Assembly (NCBI GenBank): GCA_016936435.1
Contig: JAFGXX010000061.1
Coordinates: 2,841 to 66,840 of the forward strand
DNA length: 64,000 bases
Direction: 5' to 3'
Origin: Bacteroidales bacterium
GTDB taxonomy: Bacteria > Bacteroidota > Bacteroidia > Bacteroidales > VadinHA17
Shown: in pieces, positions 26,160-36,316 of the stretch
Layout: every line of letters starts with the position of its first letter
Numbering within the stretch: the first letter of the stretch is position 1
The notes under the pieces: generated by a model
The model's database searches: none
Seen by the model: only the letters and a program-made list of their open reading frames with translations
What the model was told of the DNA's origin: nothing
Position numbers and translations under genes: made by a program

Positions 26160-29100
26160 TCACCTTACATGTTTCAGTATCCTTGAGAAAAGATCGTGAG
26201 GTCTGAAAGGTTTCAGCACATAATCATTAATGTTCAGCTCTTCTATCCTGTCGTGATTTTCCGACATAATGGCTGCCGTAAGAGCAACGATGGGCATAGT
26301 GCGTATTTTCGGGTCTTCTGAATTGCGTATGATCCTGGTTGCCTCAACACCGTCCATGACAGGCATGTGAAGATCCATAAGTATAAGGTCAAACTCCTGT
26401 TTGTCAAGCATTTCAAGAGCCAGCCTGCCATCTTCGGCATGTGTCACAATAACTCCCCAGCCTGTAAGAAACTTATTGGCAACGAAAAAGTTTATCTTGT
26501 TGTCTTCGGCCACAAGAATTCTCTTTCCTTCAAGGCCTCTGAAAGTCTCTTCAGCTTCATCGGGCTTTTTTCCGGAAGTTTTTTCAGCTACAGTGAAGGT
26601 AAGTTCAAAAGTGAACACTGATCCCTTTCCGGGTTCACTTTCGACCACTATAGAGCCTCCCTGAAGTTCTATGAGTTTTTTGCAGATGGCCAGGCCCAGA
26701 CCTGAACCTCCAAAACGCCTTGAAGTATCAGCTGATGCCTGAGTGAAACTTTCGAATATATCGGATTGTCGTTCAGGAGGTATTCCTATTCCGGTATCCT
26801 GCACTGAGAAGCGCAGTCTCGCCTCATTATCAATACTCTCTGCCTCCCTGATGGTAACTGTTATGCCTCCTTCGTTGGTAAATTTCAATGCATTGGAGAG
26901 AAGATTTGAAAGTATCTGGTTAAGCCGGATCTGGTCGCCGATAACTTCGGACGGGAGGTTTCCTTCCTTGATTATATCGAATGAAAGATTCTTGGCTTTT
27001 GACCGGAAGGAGTATGATCTCATTATCTCATCGAGAAAATCATCGAGGTTGAACTGTAGTTTCTCGAATATTATCTTTCCCGATTCCATTTTATTGTAGT
27101 CGAGGACATCATTTACCAGTGTAAGGAGGTGATTGCCTGAAAAACGAAGTGTTTTAAGATAATCCATCTGATCTTCCCTCGGGCTGCCCTGAAGAAGGAG
27201 GTTGGTAATCCCAATGACCTCATTCAGCGGAGTCCTTATTTCATGGCTCATGGTCGACATGAATATCTGCTTGGACTGGGCAGCCTCTTCCGCTTTCTGT
27301 CTGGCAATTATCATATTGTCGAGCATGATCTTGCGCTGTATTGCCACAGCTATCTGATTGGCAATGAAGTCAAGCACAAAAAGATCATCCATCGAGAACT
27401 TGTCCTCGTCATTATAGTCCTGAAGGCACATCACACCGATGGTATCATCTTCGACATTCAGGGGAACGCCCATCCACACCTTGCAGGGGGTTCCTACCAG
27501 GTCTATCTCTCTACCTTCTTCAAGCACTTTCAGGTCATCTTCCCTGAGCAGAACGGATTTGTTGTTCTTAATTACATATCCCGAGATTGTTCCCCTGGTA
27601 GGCACTTCATAAAATTTGTCCTTCTCATCAGAGAAAAAAGGAAGAGACATTGTGTCGGTTACTTTGTTGTAGATGGCTATGAAAAAGTTGTTAGTGTCCC
27701 ATATTTTGCTTAGCTCGTTAACAATCGTAGGATATATATCTTTGATATCCATCTGTTTAAGGGCTTCGGTTGAGATGTTGTACAATATCTCCTGAAGAAG
27801 CTGGTTTTTCCTTTCGGTGGTTATATTCCTGTAAATGCCAACATTGGAAATCGGCTTATCGTTCACAAAGATGGATGAAGCAACCAGCGCGACATCAATT
27901 CTGTTGCCTGATTTATCCTTTCTTACTGTGTGTTTGCTTACCTTCTGCTTTTCCGACGCCATGGATTCTATTCCCAGCGCTTCTTCCTTAAGGTCGTCAG
28001 GCACAATAAGATCGTCAATCGATCTGTTTACAGCCTCGTCCATTGTATATCCGAATAGTGAGGTAAATTCCTTGTTTATAAGTGATATTTTTCCGTTCAG
28101 ATCGGTTATAACAATGGCTTCAGGCGTCGAATCGATAAGATGTTCGAGGAAGGCTTTCTCTCTTACTATCTGTTCTTCATATATTCTGTGTTTGCTTACA
28201 TCGGTAACAGTCCCCCTGTACCCTATTTTCTTCCCGTCGTAGAATATAGCGTATGAGTGGGTGACAATCGGGAGGATGGTATTTTCATCTTTTCTGAAAT
28301 AATATTCATTGCTTGATACTTCGCCGGGTTCTTTCAGGGAATCAAGGTTAGCCATCATTCTCTGATGGTCGTTCGGAAAGACTTCTGAAATATGCATTCT
28401 CCTGGCAAGATCTTCGGCCGAGTACCCGAACATGCTAAGGCCAAGCTTGTTGCCGTAAGTAATATAGCCATTGAGATCAACTTCATAAATGATCACCGGA
28501 AGCATCTCGGCGAATTTCCTGAAAAGAGAAGTTTGCCTGTTTATGTCTTCGATACTTTTCTGTTTATAACCGGGTTCCCATGAGATAACAATGTTGCCCG
28601 ATGAAAGGATAAAACCTATATAATAACCTTCCGAATCGTCATCGAGGGGTGAGGCTGCAATCTTTTGGGCTTTTCTTGTTATTCTTATATTATTGATCAG
28701 TTCAACCAGCTGTATTCTCATTGCCAGAGGCGTATCGTCGATACATTTCCCTATGATCTCATTTTTGTCGACATGTTCAATCTGTTCAACTTTACTGTTA
28801 ATGTCGGCCACATAAATCCTGTCATCGTCGCCTGAACTGAAAAGGGCAAGGTAGCTGCTGACGGTATCGAAGATTTCTGCGAGCAGGGTGCCCTGGCTCT
28901 CGCTTATTTTGAGTTGTTTTTTTGATGCAATAGGATTGAAAGTAGATATCAGGAATGGTCCGTCATCGAGGTTAACCGTGTCGGCTGAGAAAAGGAAGGG
29001 TTTTTCTTCTCCCGCCTTGTTTTTAAGTGATATTACGAAGTCCCTGATTTTTCTGAATCTCGTGAGCAACTTCATGTATTTGTTGCTTTCTTCAAGTCCA

Positions 29101-29369
29101 GGATATAGTCCTATGTCTTCGGGTGTTCTCCCGATAACTTCCTCACGGGTGTATCCAAGAGTTTTTAGAAATGCTTCATTTGCATTGAAAATAACTCCCG
29201 AATCTGCCCTGGACAGAACCATCAGATGATCGGCATAATGGAAAGCCTCCAGTATCATTTTGTCGTTGGTGGTCCTGTTTTCGGATAGCCGGGCATACAG
29301 ATCTTTTAATTCCTCCTCGAGCCGGAGGTTTTTCTTTTCGAGTTCCTTTATTTTGTCTTCAGGATTCAT
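26160..29369 (-). CDS. Cytoplasmic hybrid sensor histidine kinase/response regulator (coiled coil, multiple PAS, GAF, HisKA, HATPase_c, REC)
   Basis: 1069 aa with H-box 'MSHEIRTPLNEVIG', N/G boxes 'LLSNALKFT' and 'DTGIGI...GGSGLGLAI', and REC 'DLILMDLHMPVMDG...LKP'. I see no TM segment. Confidence 0.9.
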   Translation of the reverse strand: MNPEDKIKELEKKNLRLEEELKDLYARLSENRTTNDKMILEAFHYADHLMVLSRADSGVIFNANEAFLKTLGYTREEVIGRTPEDIGLYPGLEESNKYMKLLTRFRKIRDFVISLKNKAGEEKPFLFSADTVNLDDGPFLISTFNPIASKKQLKISESQGTLLAEIFDTVSSYLALFSSGDDDRIYVADINSKVEQIEHVDKNEIIGKCIDDTPLAMRIQLVELINNIRITRKAQKIAASPLDDDSEGYYIGFILSSGNIVISWEPGYKQKSIEDINRQTSLFRKFAEMLPVIIYEVDLNGYITYGNKLGLSMFGYSAEDLARRMHISEVFPNDHQRMMANLDSLKEPGEVSSNEYYFRKDENTILPIVTHSYAIFYDGKKIGYRGTVTDVSKHRIYEEQIVREKAFLEHLIDSTPEAIVITDLNGKISLINKEFTSLFGYTMDEAVNRSIDDLIVPDDLKEEALGIESMASEKQKVSKHTVRKDKSGNRIDVALVASSIFVNDKPISNVGIYRNITTERKNQLLQEILYNISTEALKQMDIKDIYPTIVNELSKIWDTNNFFIAIYNKVTDTMSLPFFSDEKDKFYEVPTRGTISGYVIKNNKSVLLREDDLKVLEEGREIDLVGTPCKVWMGVPLNVEDDTIGVMCLQDYNDEDKFSMDDLFVLDFIANQIAVAIQRKIMLDNMIIARQKAEEAAQSKQIFMSTMSHEIRTPLNEVIGITNLLLQGSPREDQMDYLKTLRFSGNHLLTLVNDVLDYNKMESGKIIFEKLQFNLDDFLDEIMRSYSFRSKAKNLSFDIIKEGNLPSEVIGDQIRLNQILSNLLSNALKFTNEGGITVTIREAESIDNEARLRFSVQDTGIGIPPERQSDIFESFTQASADTSRRFGGSGLGLAICKKLIELQGGSIVVESEPGKGSVFTFELTFTVAEKTSGKKPDEAEETFRGLEGKRILVAEDNKINFFVANKFLTGWGVIVTHAEDGRLALEMLDKQEFDLILMDLHMPVMDGVEATRIIRNSEDPKIRTMPIVALTAAIMSENHDRIEELNINDYVLKPFRPHDLFSRILKHVR

Positions 29370-29461
29370 CAGGCAGCAGGTGAAAATTTGAGCATAAAAA
29401 TATAAAATAATGCTCTATATCCGATTATTGGAAAAGAGTCATGTAAATTTTTTGCATCCGG

Positions 29462-30100
29462 TCATTTCCTGGTTTTGTAGAATTTACATATTTCAGTCAA
29501 TCCGCATTTTTCGCACAATGGTTTTCTTGCCTTGCAGACATACCTGCCGTGAAGTATGAGCCAGTGATGTGCTTTATGTATGAGTTCCGGAGCTATGTTT
29601 CGCGTGAGTTGCAATTCAGTATCGAGAGGATTTTTTGAATTTCTGGTGAGGCCGATCCTGGCTGCTACCCTGAATACATGGGTGTCAACAGCCATAACCG
29701 GTTTTCTGTAGATCACCGATGCCACAACATTTGCCGTTTTCCTGCCCACGCCCGGCAGCTTCTGAAGCAGGTCGGGTTCGGAGGGCACCCTGCCCCCGAA
29801 TTCGCTGACCAGTGTCCTTGCCATCCCGGAAAGATGTAAGGCCTTGTTGTTTGGATAGGAACATGACCTTATGTATTCAAAAATATCTGAAGGCTGGGCT
29901 TCAGCCATGGAATATGCATCGGGAAATTTCTCCAGAAGGGCAGGAGTGATCATGTTGACCCGCTTGTCGGTGCATTGAGCTGAAAGTATTACGGCAACGA
30001 TCAGACCGAAGGGATCATCATAAACAAGCTCTGTTTCAGCAACCGGCATGTTTTCCGTGAAATATTCAATTGTCCTCCTGTATCTTTCCTTTGTGGTCAT
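29462..30100 (-). CDS. nth: Endonuclease III
   Basis: 212 aa with HhH-GPD 'LPGVGRKTANVV', 'VDTHVFRV' and the C-terminal Fe-S cluster motif 'CKARKPLCEKCGLTEIC'. Confidence 0.95.
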   Translation of the reverse strand: MTTKERYRRTIEYFTENMPVAETELVYDDPFGLIVAVILSAQCTDKRVNMITPALLEKFPDAYSMAEAQPSDIFEYIRSCSYPNNKALHLSGMARTLVSEFGGRVPSEPDLLQKLPGVGRKTANVVASVIYRKPVMAVDTHVFRVAARIGLTRNSKNPLDTELQLTRNIAPELIHKAHHWLILHGRYVCKARKPLCEKCGLTEICKFYKTRK

Positions 30101-30231
30101 GCCGGATTATGCTTTAAAGGGCATTAAGGTAGCAATTTTTATATTCCGGCGATATATTGACAGTGATCCGTATTGACTGTATGCATATTAAGAATGGTTT
30201 TTATTAATTTAGCAGCTTTAATGGAGCTGTT

Positions 30232-31266
30232 TTGCAAAGAATAATAATTGAGACACCTGATTCGCTTTCGGCAATACTTGTCGGGGCAAGGTGGGAAGCG
30301 GTAACAAAATTGCTTCCGCAGGGCGACGTGGTGATAGTCACCGATGCTAACCTGTTTAATTTGTACGGCAACAGGTTTCCCCGCTTCCCTGTTTTAAAAC
30401 TGAAGCCTGGCGAGGATAGTAAGAAGCTTCCGGTAATACAGAAGCTTACAACAGAGATGCTCCGCCTGGGTTTCGACAGAACAGTTTTTATCCTCGCCAT
30501 CGGAGGAGGAGTCGTTTGTGATGTTGCCGGCTTTCTGGCTTCAGTGTATATGAGGGGAGTGAGATGCGGTTACATTTCAACCAGTCTTCTGGCACAGGTC
30601 GACGCCAGTACAGGAGGAAAGACAGGGGTGAATCTGGGACGTATTAAAAATGTTATAGGCACTTTCAGACAACCTGAATTTGTGATCTGCGATACTACCA
30701 TGCTCCGGACACTCCCTGATACGGAATATATGTCGGGACTAGCAGAGCTGATAAAAACCGGTCTGATAGGTGACCGGTCAATAATCGATATCCTTGAAAA
30801 CAACCAGGCAGCAGTTCTGGGGCGCGACAGGGAGCTTCTCACCGACCTGGTTGCACGGTCGGTCAGGTTCAAAGCTTCTGTTGTCGCGAAGGACGAAAAG
30901 GAGGGAGGTATAAGGAGGATACTCAATTTCGGGCATACCTTCGGTCATGCAATTGAATTGCATCAGTCAGTCCCTCATGGTTTTGCAGTTGCAGCAGGGA
31001 TGGAAATTGCCGCCAGGTTCTCACTCGAAAAAAAATATATTGGCGTAAAAGTATATGACAGGATTATCCGGCTCCTCAGACAATATGGTTTTCACGGTGA
31101 GTTTAAAGTTACGCCCCGCAGGGTAAGGGAATTAATTTCTCACGATAAAAAGAAATCGGGCGATATGATCAGTTTCGTTTTTCTGAAAGGGATAGGTAAA
31201 GCTGAAGTTAAAAAGCTTCCTGTTGATGAGATAGTCGGTTTTTACAGCAATTTCAGGGATTTATAA
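30232..31266 (+). CDS. aroB: 3-dehydroquinate synthase
   Basis: 344 aa with 'AIGGGVVCDVAGF', 'QVDASTGGKTGVN' and 'LNFGHTFGHAIE'. It uses a TTG start in the ORF track, so the exact start is uncertain. Confidence 0.9.
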   Translation: MQRIIIETPDSLSAILVGARWEAVTKLLPQGDVVIVTDANLFNLYGNRFPRFPVLKLKPGEDSKKLPVIQKLTTEMLRLGFDRTVFILAIGGGVVCDVAGFLASVYMRGVRCGYISTSLLAQVDASTGGKTGVNLGRIKNVIGTFRQPEFVICDTTMLRTLPDTEYMSGLAELIKTGLIGDRSIIDILENNQAAVLGRDRELLTDLVARSVRFKASVVAKDEKEGGIRRILNFGHTFGHAIELHQSVPHGFAVAAGMEIAARFSLEKKYIGVKVYDRIIRLLRQYGFHGEFKVTPRRVRELISHDKKKSGDMISFVFLKGIGKAEVKKLPVDEIVGFYSNFRDL

Positions 31267-31276
31267 GAAGAGCAAA

Positions 31277-32266
31277 ATGAATACTTTCGGTCAGATATTC
31301 AGGGTCTCGGTTTTTGGGGAATCACACGGACCCGCAATAGGAGTTGTTATCGATGGTTGTCCGGCGGGTATCCCCCTGAAACCGGAAGATTTTACAGCCG
31401 ATCTTTCGCGCAGACAGAGCGGAAGCAGGGGAACCACCAAAAGAAAAGAACCTGATCTTCCCGAGTTCCTGAGCGGAATATGGCGTGGTCGTACAACCGG
31501 CGCCCCGGTTACAGTAATTACCCGTAACAGCGACAGAATATCTTCCGATTATGATGATTTCATCAAAATACCTCGTCCCGGTCATGCAGACATGACGGCA
31601 GCTAAAAAATATTCGGGTTTTGCCGACATGAGGGGGAGCGGACATTTTTCGGGAAGAATAACATGGGGAGTGGTGGCGGCAGGTGTAATAGCACGGAAAA
31701 TTGCAGACAAAGCCGTGATAAATGCCAGGATCGTATCTGTAGGAGGTTTAGAGGATATTGAAAAAGCTGTTGATGAGGCAGTTACAACGGGTGATTCTAT
31801 CGGCGGAATTATCGAATGCAGGGTAAAGGATCTGCCTGCAGGACTGGGAGAGCCATTTTTTAATTCATTTGAATCGGTTGTCAGTCACCTTGTTTTTGCG
31901 ATACCCGCGATAAAGGGGATAGAATTCGGTGCGGGTTTTGCAGCAGCATCGATGAGAGGCTCTGAACACAACGACCCGATAATTAACGAACAGGGTACTA
32001 CTTTAACCAATAATGCGGGAGGTATTAACGGAGGTATTACCAATGGTAATGAAGTAGTTTTCCGCGTAGCTGTGAAGCCCACATCTTCAACAGGAGCAGA
32101 ACAGAGAAGTATTAATCTTGAAACAGGTAAAATAGAACCTTTTACAATCTCCGGACGTCATGACACCTGCATTGCGTTGAGGATGCCGGTGATAGTTGAA
32201 GCTGTGACGGCAATCGCTATCGCTGACCTTTTACTTATTGACAGGGGAATAAACTCTCTGCGTTAA
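31277..32266 (+). CDS. aroC: Chorismate synthase
   Basis: 329 aa with 'FRVSVFGESHGPAIGVVIDGCPAG', 'RPGHAD' and 'GRHDTC'. Confidence 0.9.
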   Translation: MNTFGQIFRVSVFGESHGPAIGVVIDGCPAGIPLKPEDFTADLSRRQSGSRGTTKRKEPDLPEFLSGIWRGRTTGAPVTVITRNSDRISSDYDDFIKIPRPGHADMTAAKKYSGFADMRGSGHFSGRITWGVVAAGVIARKIADKAVINARIVSVGGLEDIEKAVDEAVTTGDSIGGIIECRVKDLPAGLGEPFFNSFESVVSHLVFAIPAIKGIEFGAGFAAASMRGSEHNDPIINEQGTTLTNNAGGINGGITNGNEVVFRVAVKPTSSTGAEQRSINLETGKIEPFTISGRHDTCIALRMPVIVEAVTAIAIADLLLIDRGINSLR

Positions 32267-32291
32267 GACAGGCAAAGGCCTTATTAAAGAT

Positions 32292-33611
32292 TCATTTAGT
32301 TATTATCAGCGCTCTTGAACTGTCACTGGTGATCCTGAACCTGTTGTCGATCCTGTCGCCGATGATCCATACTATTTTACCTGCCGATTCAAGCAATAAG
32401 ATCTCCTCTTTTTTAATTCTGGAGTATCTGCGATCGATGAAATAATCACTGAGTTTTTTGCTTTTTTCCATTCCCAGGGGATGGAAGGCATCTCCCTTGC
32501 GCCATTTCCTTATTATAAGCGGAAAGATAACCTTTTCATTGTCGAGATATGCAATGTTTGTGTCGGGTCTGATGCTGAAATCATTATCAATTTCCCTGAT
32601 CTCAACCGCACTGAAAAAGACTGATCTGGTAAGTTCCTGAAAATTCTCAATCACTTCAAATTCTTTTTGCTCTGAGTTGTTTTCAGAAATCAGAATTTCC
32701 TTTCTGTCTTTGAGGATGAGATGGGATGACGTGAATAAGCGGCTTCCGGTTTTTCCCCTGATAACCCTTACCAGTGTGGGTATCATGCTGCCTGTTACCC
32801 CGTAGGGACGGAACAGCTCATAAAGTACGGAACTGTTACCGAGATGAAAAGCAAGCTCAGGCAAAGATGCTTTTATCACATTGCCGTTTACACTGAAAAG
32901 TTCTTTGCTGAGCATGTCTGTATAACTCATGAATGTTCTCTTCACCTCCAGAAGTCTTTCGGTTGTTTCATTCAGTGTGAATTCTACTGACGGATTTATT
33001 TGCATGAGAAGAGGGATCACTTCATGTCTGATCTTGTTTCTTGTGATCAGGGTATCGGAATTGGTCTGATCTTCCCTGAAAGAAACCCTGTGTTTCAGGG
33101 CATATTCTTCTATCGATTTCCGGGTTGCAAACAGGAGAGGCCTTATTATCCTTCCTGCCTCCGGCCTGATGCCTGTAAGTCCTGCGATACCTGTTCCCCG
33201 TATAAGGTTCAGGAGCATGGTCTCTATATTGTCATTAAGATTATGGGCAACGGCGATAAGGTCAAATCCGTTTTCGCTTCGTATTTTTTCGAACCATTCA
33301 TATCTTAGTTCGCGTGCAGCCATTTCGACTGATATTCCTTTTTCCCTTGCATATCCTGGTGTATCAAACCGGATTGAAAAGAAGGCCTTTTTATCCTTAG
33401 CGGCATAGGATCTCACCAGAGCTTCATCTGCATCTGATTCCGAAGCTCTGAGGCTGAAATTACAGTGGGCTATCCCAAAATCGAAACCGGCCCTGGTCAA
33501 CAGGTCGGCCAATACCATCGAGTCAATGCCTCCGCTTACTGCAGCCAGAATCCTGTTTCCGGAGCCGGCCAGCTTCTCCTCTTCAATATAGTTTTTAAAT
33601 TCCCTGAGCAT
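32292..33611 (-). CDS. tilS: tRNA(Ile)-lysidine synthetase
   Basis: 439 aa with the PP-loop 'AVSGGIDSMVL' and 'AHNLNDNIET'. Confidence 0.9.
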   Translation of the reverse strand: MLREFKNYIEEEKLAGSGNRILAAVSGGIDSMVLADLLTRAGFDFGIAHCNFSLRASESDADEALVRSYAAKDKKAFFSIRFDTPGYAREKGISVEMAARELRYEWFEKIRSENGFDLIAVAHNLNDNIETMLLNLIRGTGIAGLTGIRPEAGRIIRPLLFATRKSIEEYALKHRVSFREDQTNSDTLITRNKIRHEVIPLLMQINPSVEFTLNETTERLLEVKRTFMSYTDMLSKELFSVNGNVIKASLPELAFHLGNSSVLYELFRPYGVTGSMIPTLVRVIRGKTGSRLFTSSHLILKDRKEILISENNSEQKEFEVIENFQELTRSVFFSAVEIREIDNDFSIRPDTNIAYLDNEKVIFPLIIRKWRKGDAFHPLGMEKSKKLSDYFIDRRYSRIKKEEILLLESAGKIVWIIGDRIDNRFRITSDSSRALIITK

Positions 33612-33614
33612 GTC

Positions 33615-35555
33615 TTATCTGTAAGGGATCAGCCCCGGAGGACCGGGATCAAAATTGTCGGGTTTAAGTATCTGTTCGCCCGAGAACAAAATATAATTAA
33701 CCTTCGAAAAATCAGGAAGCACAGGGAAGAAGCTGAATCTTACCTGTAAGGTTTTGAATACCAGATTGTCGTTCCTTGCCCTTATTCCTATGCCGATACC
33801 TGAGAGGGCTTCACCGTCTTTAATGAATTCATTCGTGCCAAACAGTAAGGCCAGGTCGGAAAAGGCAAAAACAGCCAACCTGAAGCCCAGAATATTGCCC
33901 GGAGAAAAAAGAACAGACTCGAGGCTGAGTGATAAACGTTGCGTTCCGGAAACGGAATCGTTCCTGATGCCTGAAAAACCGTTTACCCTTCTGTAATACA
34001 GGCTTTCCTCGGTGTTGCGGTCGAAACCCCTTGTATAATCGGCCATAATGAAATTTCTCATTCTGAAGCGTCCCAGATACAGAAGATTAGAGAAATAGGT
34101 GGTTCTGAGAAGAAGCAGACCCTGTTCGGTCTGGCTTCCGTTCAAAAATGCAGAAACACCCGCCGAGGTATAAAAATATCCAAGCGGCCTTGCCGAATGA
34201 CCTGTCGATGCATACAATCCCGCATAGGTCCTTTTTTTAAATTCATTAATTTCACTACCTGCAGTGATGGTTATGCGACCACCGTATGGAATATCCTCCG
34301 TTCGTCCGTAACCGTACAAAAGACTGCTTTTAAAATATTTCTGCATCGAAAAAGTCGCAGATCCCAGAAACATCTTGTATTTCTGCAGATTATGATATGA
34401 ATCGGGCATTATATAAGGATGGTCGAAGACATTGTTATTAGTATATCTGAGGCCAAGGATCAGCCTTGAAACCGATTCCCTGTCAAGCAGAAAAGACCGT
34501 AATAGCCAGTAATCCTGGAGGTTATATTTTAGAGGTTCGGGAACCGACATTGTATCGAGGTCTTCCATGGAGCTCATGTGGATTACTGATATTCCTCCGG
34601 CGTATTTTGAGGTCGAACTCACCAGTTTCCGTTCCGCACTGAAACCATATGATTTGTCACCCAGCCCCTTATAGTAGAAGAGGTTTATATTCACAAAAGA
34701 TCTTCTGATATTATTAATGTTGTATTCAATTCCGAAACCCGGTGAATCGCGATGGCTATTGTCATATGGAATATCAAGTCTGAATTCATGTCCCAGCCCC
34801 AGAATGTTCTTGTCAAAGAGGGAAAAACAGCCTCTGCCTATGCTCCGGTAGTCTAGTCCGGCACCCAGTGAATAGACATCCCGGGTAAGGATCAGTACAT
34901 CTGCCATATTTTCGCCTGCAGGAAGTACAATTATCCTTGAATCGTCAATATAGGGAAGATCCCTCAGGAGCCTCTCGTTGTCGCTCAGGAGAAGGGGGGA
35001 AAGGGTATCGCCGGTGGAAAAGAGAAGGTTATTTCTGATTATGAATTCATTGGTGTTAAGGTGGGTTTTGTTAAGCAGGCTTTCTGCTTTTGTCGGATTG
35101 AATATTAGCGGGTTTGTAATGCTTGTGCCAAAAACGTCGAGTCTTTTAATTGAGATATCCCTTATAATCATTCCTGAGTAAGGAGAGAAATCTGAAAGAC
35201 TGGGGTTTGCAGCATTGGTTTGTGCCACTGTTTTTTCCCTTACAACGATAAGGTCGTATAACTTTTTGGTTAAAATAAATCTTGAAGCCCTTGCAGCAAG
35301 GGAGTCATAGAAAACATCGATTCTCTGATCAGGCAAGATGGCAAAGGGTATCAGTGAATCGCACAGTTTTAAATTACCATACTGCAGCGAAAGCGAGGAG
35401 CAATCGGGAAGGGATACAGACGGGAAAGGATGGGAAGGAATAATTGTATCGCCCTTTTCCTTATTCTGCGAAAAGGCCGGCGTGTTAAAAAGAAAAAGTG
35501 CCAGTATTATAACTGACCAGGTTCCACGGTGGTATATTCTTATGCATGTCCACAT
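33615..35555 (-). CDS. Putative outer-membrane protein (POTRA-like segment plus beta-barrel, Omp85/BamA-like)
   Basis: 646 aa with a signal peptide (...FLFNTPAFSQ) and a POTRA-like stretch 'IRDISIKRLDVFG...LLFSTGDTLSPLLLSDNERLLRDLPYIDDSRI'. The rest has alternating aromatic/Gly beta-strand texture. The family call is tentative. Confidence 0.5.
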   Translation of the reverse strand: MWTCIRIYHRGTWSVIILALFLFNTPAFSQNKEKGDTIIPSHPFPSVSLPDCSSLSLQYGNLKLCDSLIPFAILPDQRIDVFYDSLAARASRFILTKKLYDLIVVREKTVAQTNAANPSLSDFSPYSGMIIRDISIKRLDVFGTSITNPLIFNPTKAESLLNKTHLNTNEFIIRNNLLFSTGDTLSPLLLSDNERLLRDLPYIDDSRIIVLPAGENMADVLILTRDVYSLGAGLDYRSIGRGCFSLFDKNILGLGHEFRLDIPYDNSHRDSPGFGIEYNINNIRRSFVNINLFYYKGLGDKSYGFSAERKLVSSTSKYAGGISVIHMSSMEDLDTMSVPEPLKYNLQDYWLLRSFLLDRESVSRLILGLRYTNNNVFDHPYIMPDSYHNLQKYKMFLGSATFSMQKYFKSSLLYGYGRTEDIPYGGRITITAGSEINEFKKRTYAGLYASTGHSARPLGYFYTSAGVSAFLNGSQTEQGLLLLRTTYFSNLLYLGRFRMRNFIMADYTRGFDRNTEESLYYRRVNGFSGIRNDSVSGTQRLSLSLESVLFSPGNILGFRLAVFAFSDLALLFGTNEFIKDGEALSGIGIGIRARNDNLVFKTLQVRFSFFPVLPDFSKVNYILFSGEQILKPDNFDPGPPGLIPYR

Positions 35556-36265
35556 CAGGTTTCCCTGGAATTTTCCGGAAGCACATCATCGGAATTGAAC
35601 TGGAATCCGAGTCTTTTACCGGTGATTATCCTGGAGTGCTGGATTTTGGCTTCCATCTGACCTACGGTAGCGATTTTAACGGTATCGTAGGGAGGAACCA
35701 GAAGATCGAATTCGAGAGAATACTGAATCGCAGTCTCGATTATTATCTGCAACGATTCACGGCTTATTTCTTCATTGCCGTAATTCGAGAAGAGCATGCC
35801 CATTTGTCTTTTTCCTTCCACGAAATACTGGTTTTCGTGATTGATGAATATCCTGGCAATGAGGTATCCGAGGTCATCCAGCCTTGAATACTTGAATGAA
35901 TCTGCCAGGAAATTGTATATGTTTATGACCCCGGAATAGGCATTGTTCCTGTCTTTCTGTATATAGGGTGTTCTCCATGCAGGGTGTTCCCTGTCGAACT
36001 GGAAAGTGTTGGAATGCATACTGAAAAGCAGGATGTCGCCGGCTACCTTGATCTGTGCATCAAAGTTGCTTCTGTCGGTATATTCAAGCCTCACCCTCTG
36101 GTCAATTTCGCCCAGATTTGCATTTACATCCCTGGAAAGGTTTCTCAGAATATCTTTAATTATGCTGAATGCCATGAAAGTGTTGTCGGCTACTTTTTGC
36201 TTGAGTACCGATTTATCCTTCAGAATATTGATGATCATCTGTTTTTTTTCATTAGGATCTTTCAT
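35555..36265 (-). CDS. Hypothetical cytoplasmic protein
   Basis: 236-aa ORF between proS and the OMP gene. Its stop overlaps the downstream start by 1 nt. No motif recognised. Confidence 0.55.
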   Translation of the reverse strand: MKDPNEKKQMIINILKDKSVLKQKVADNTFMAFSIIKDILRNLSRDVNANLGEIDQRVRLEYTDRSNFDAQIKVAGDILLFSMHSNTFQFDREHPAWRTPYIQKDRNNAYSGVINIYNFLADSFKYSRLDDLGYLIARIFINHENQYFVEGKRQMGMLFSNYGNEEISRESLQIIIETAIQYSLEFDLLVPPYDTVKIATVGQMEAKIQHSRIITGKRLGFQFNSDDVLPENSRET

Positions 36266-36316
36266 TGCCGATAGTTTGAATTTGTAACAGGAAGCTAATT
36301 TAACAATAATAAATGA

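Noticed and set aside
35546-35887. 113-aa plus-strand ORF overlapping the 236-aa minus-strand gene
   Set aside because: The minus-strand ORF is twice as long and fits the proS-to-tilS operon with start/stop coupling. The plus-strand ORF would be isolated, with no signals of its own.
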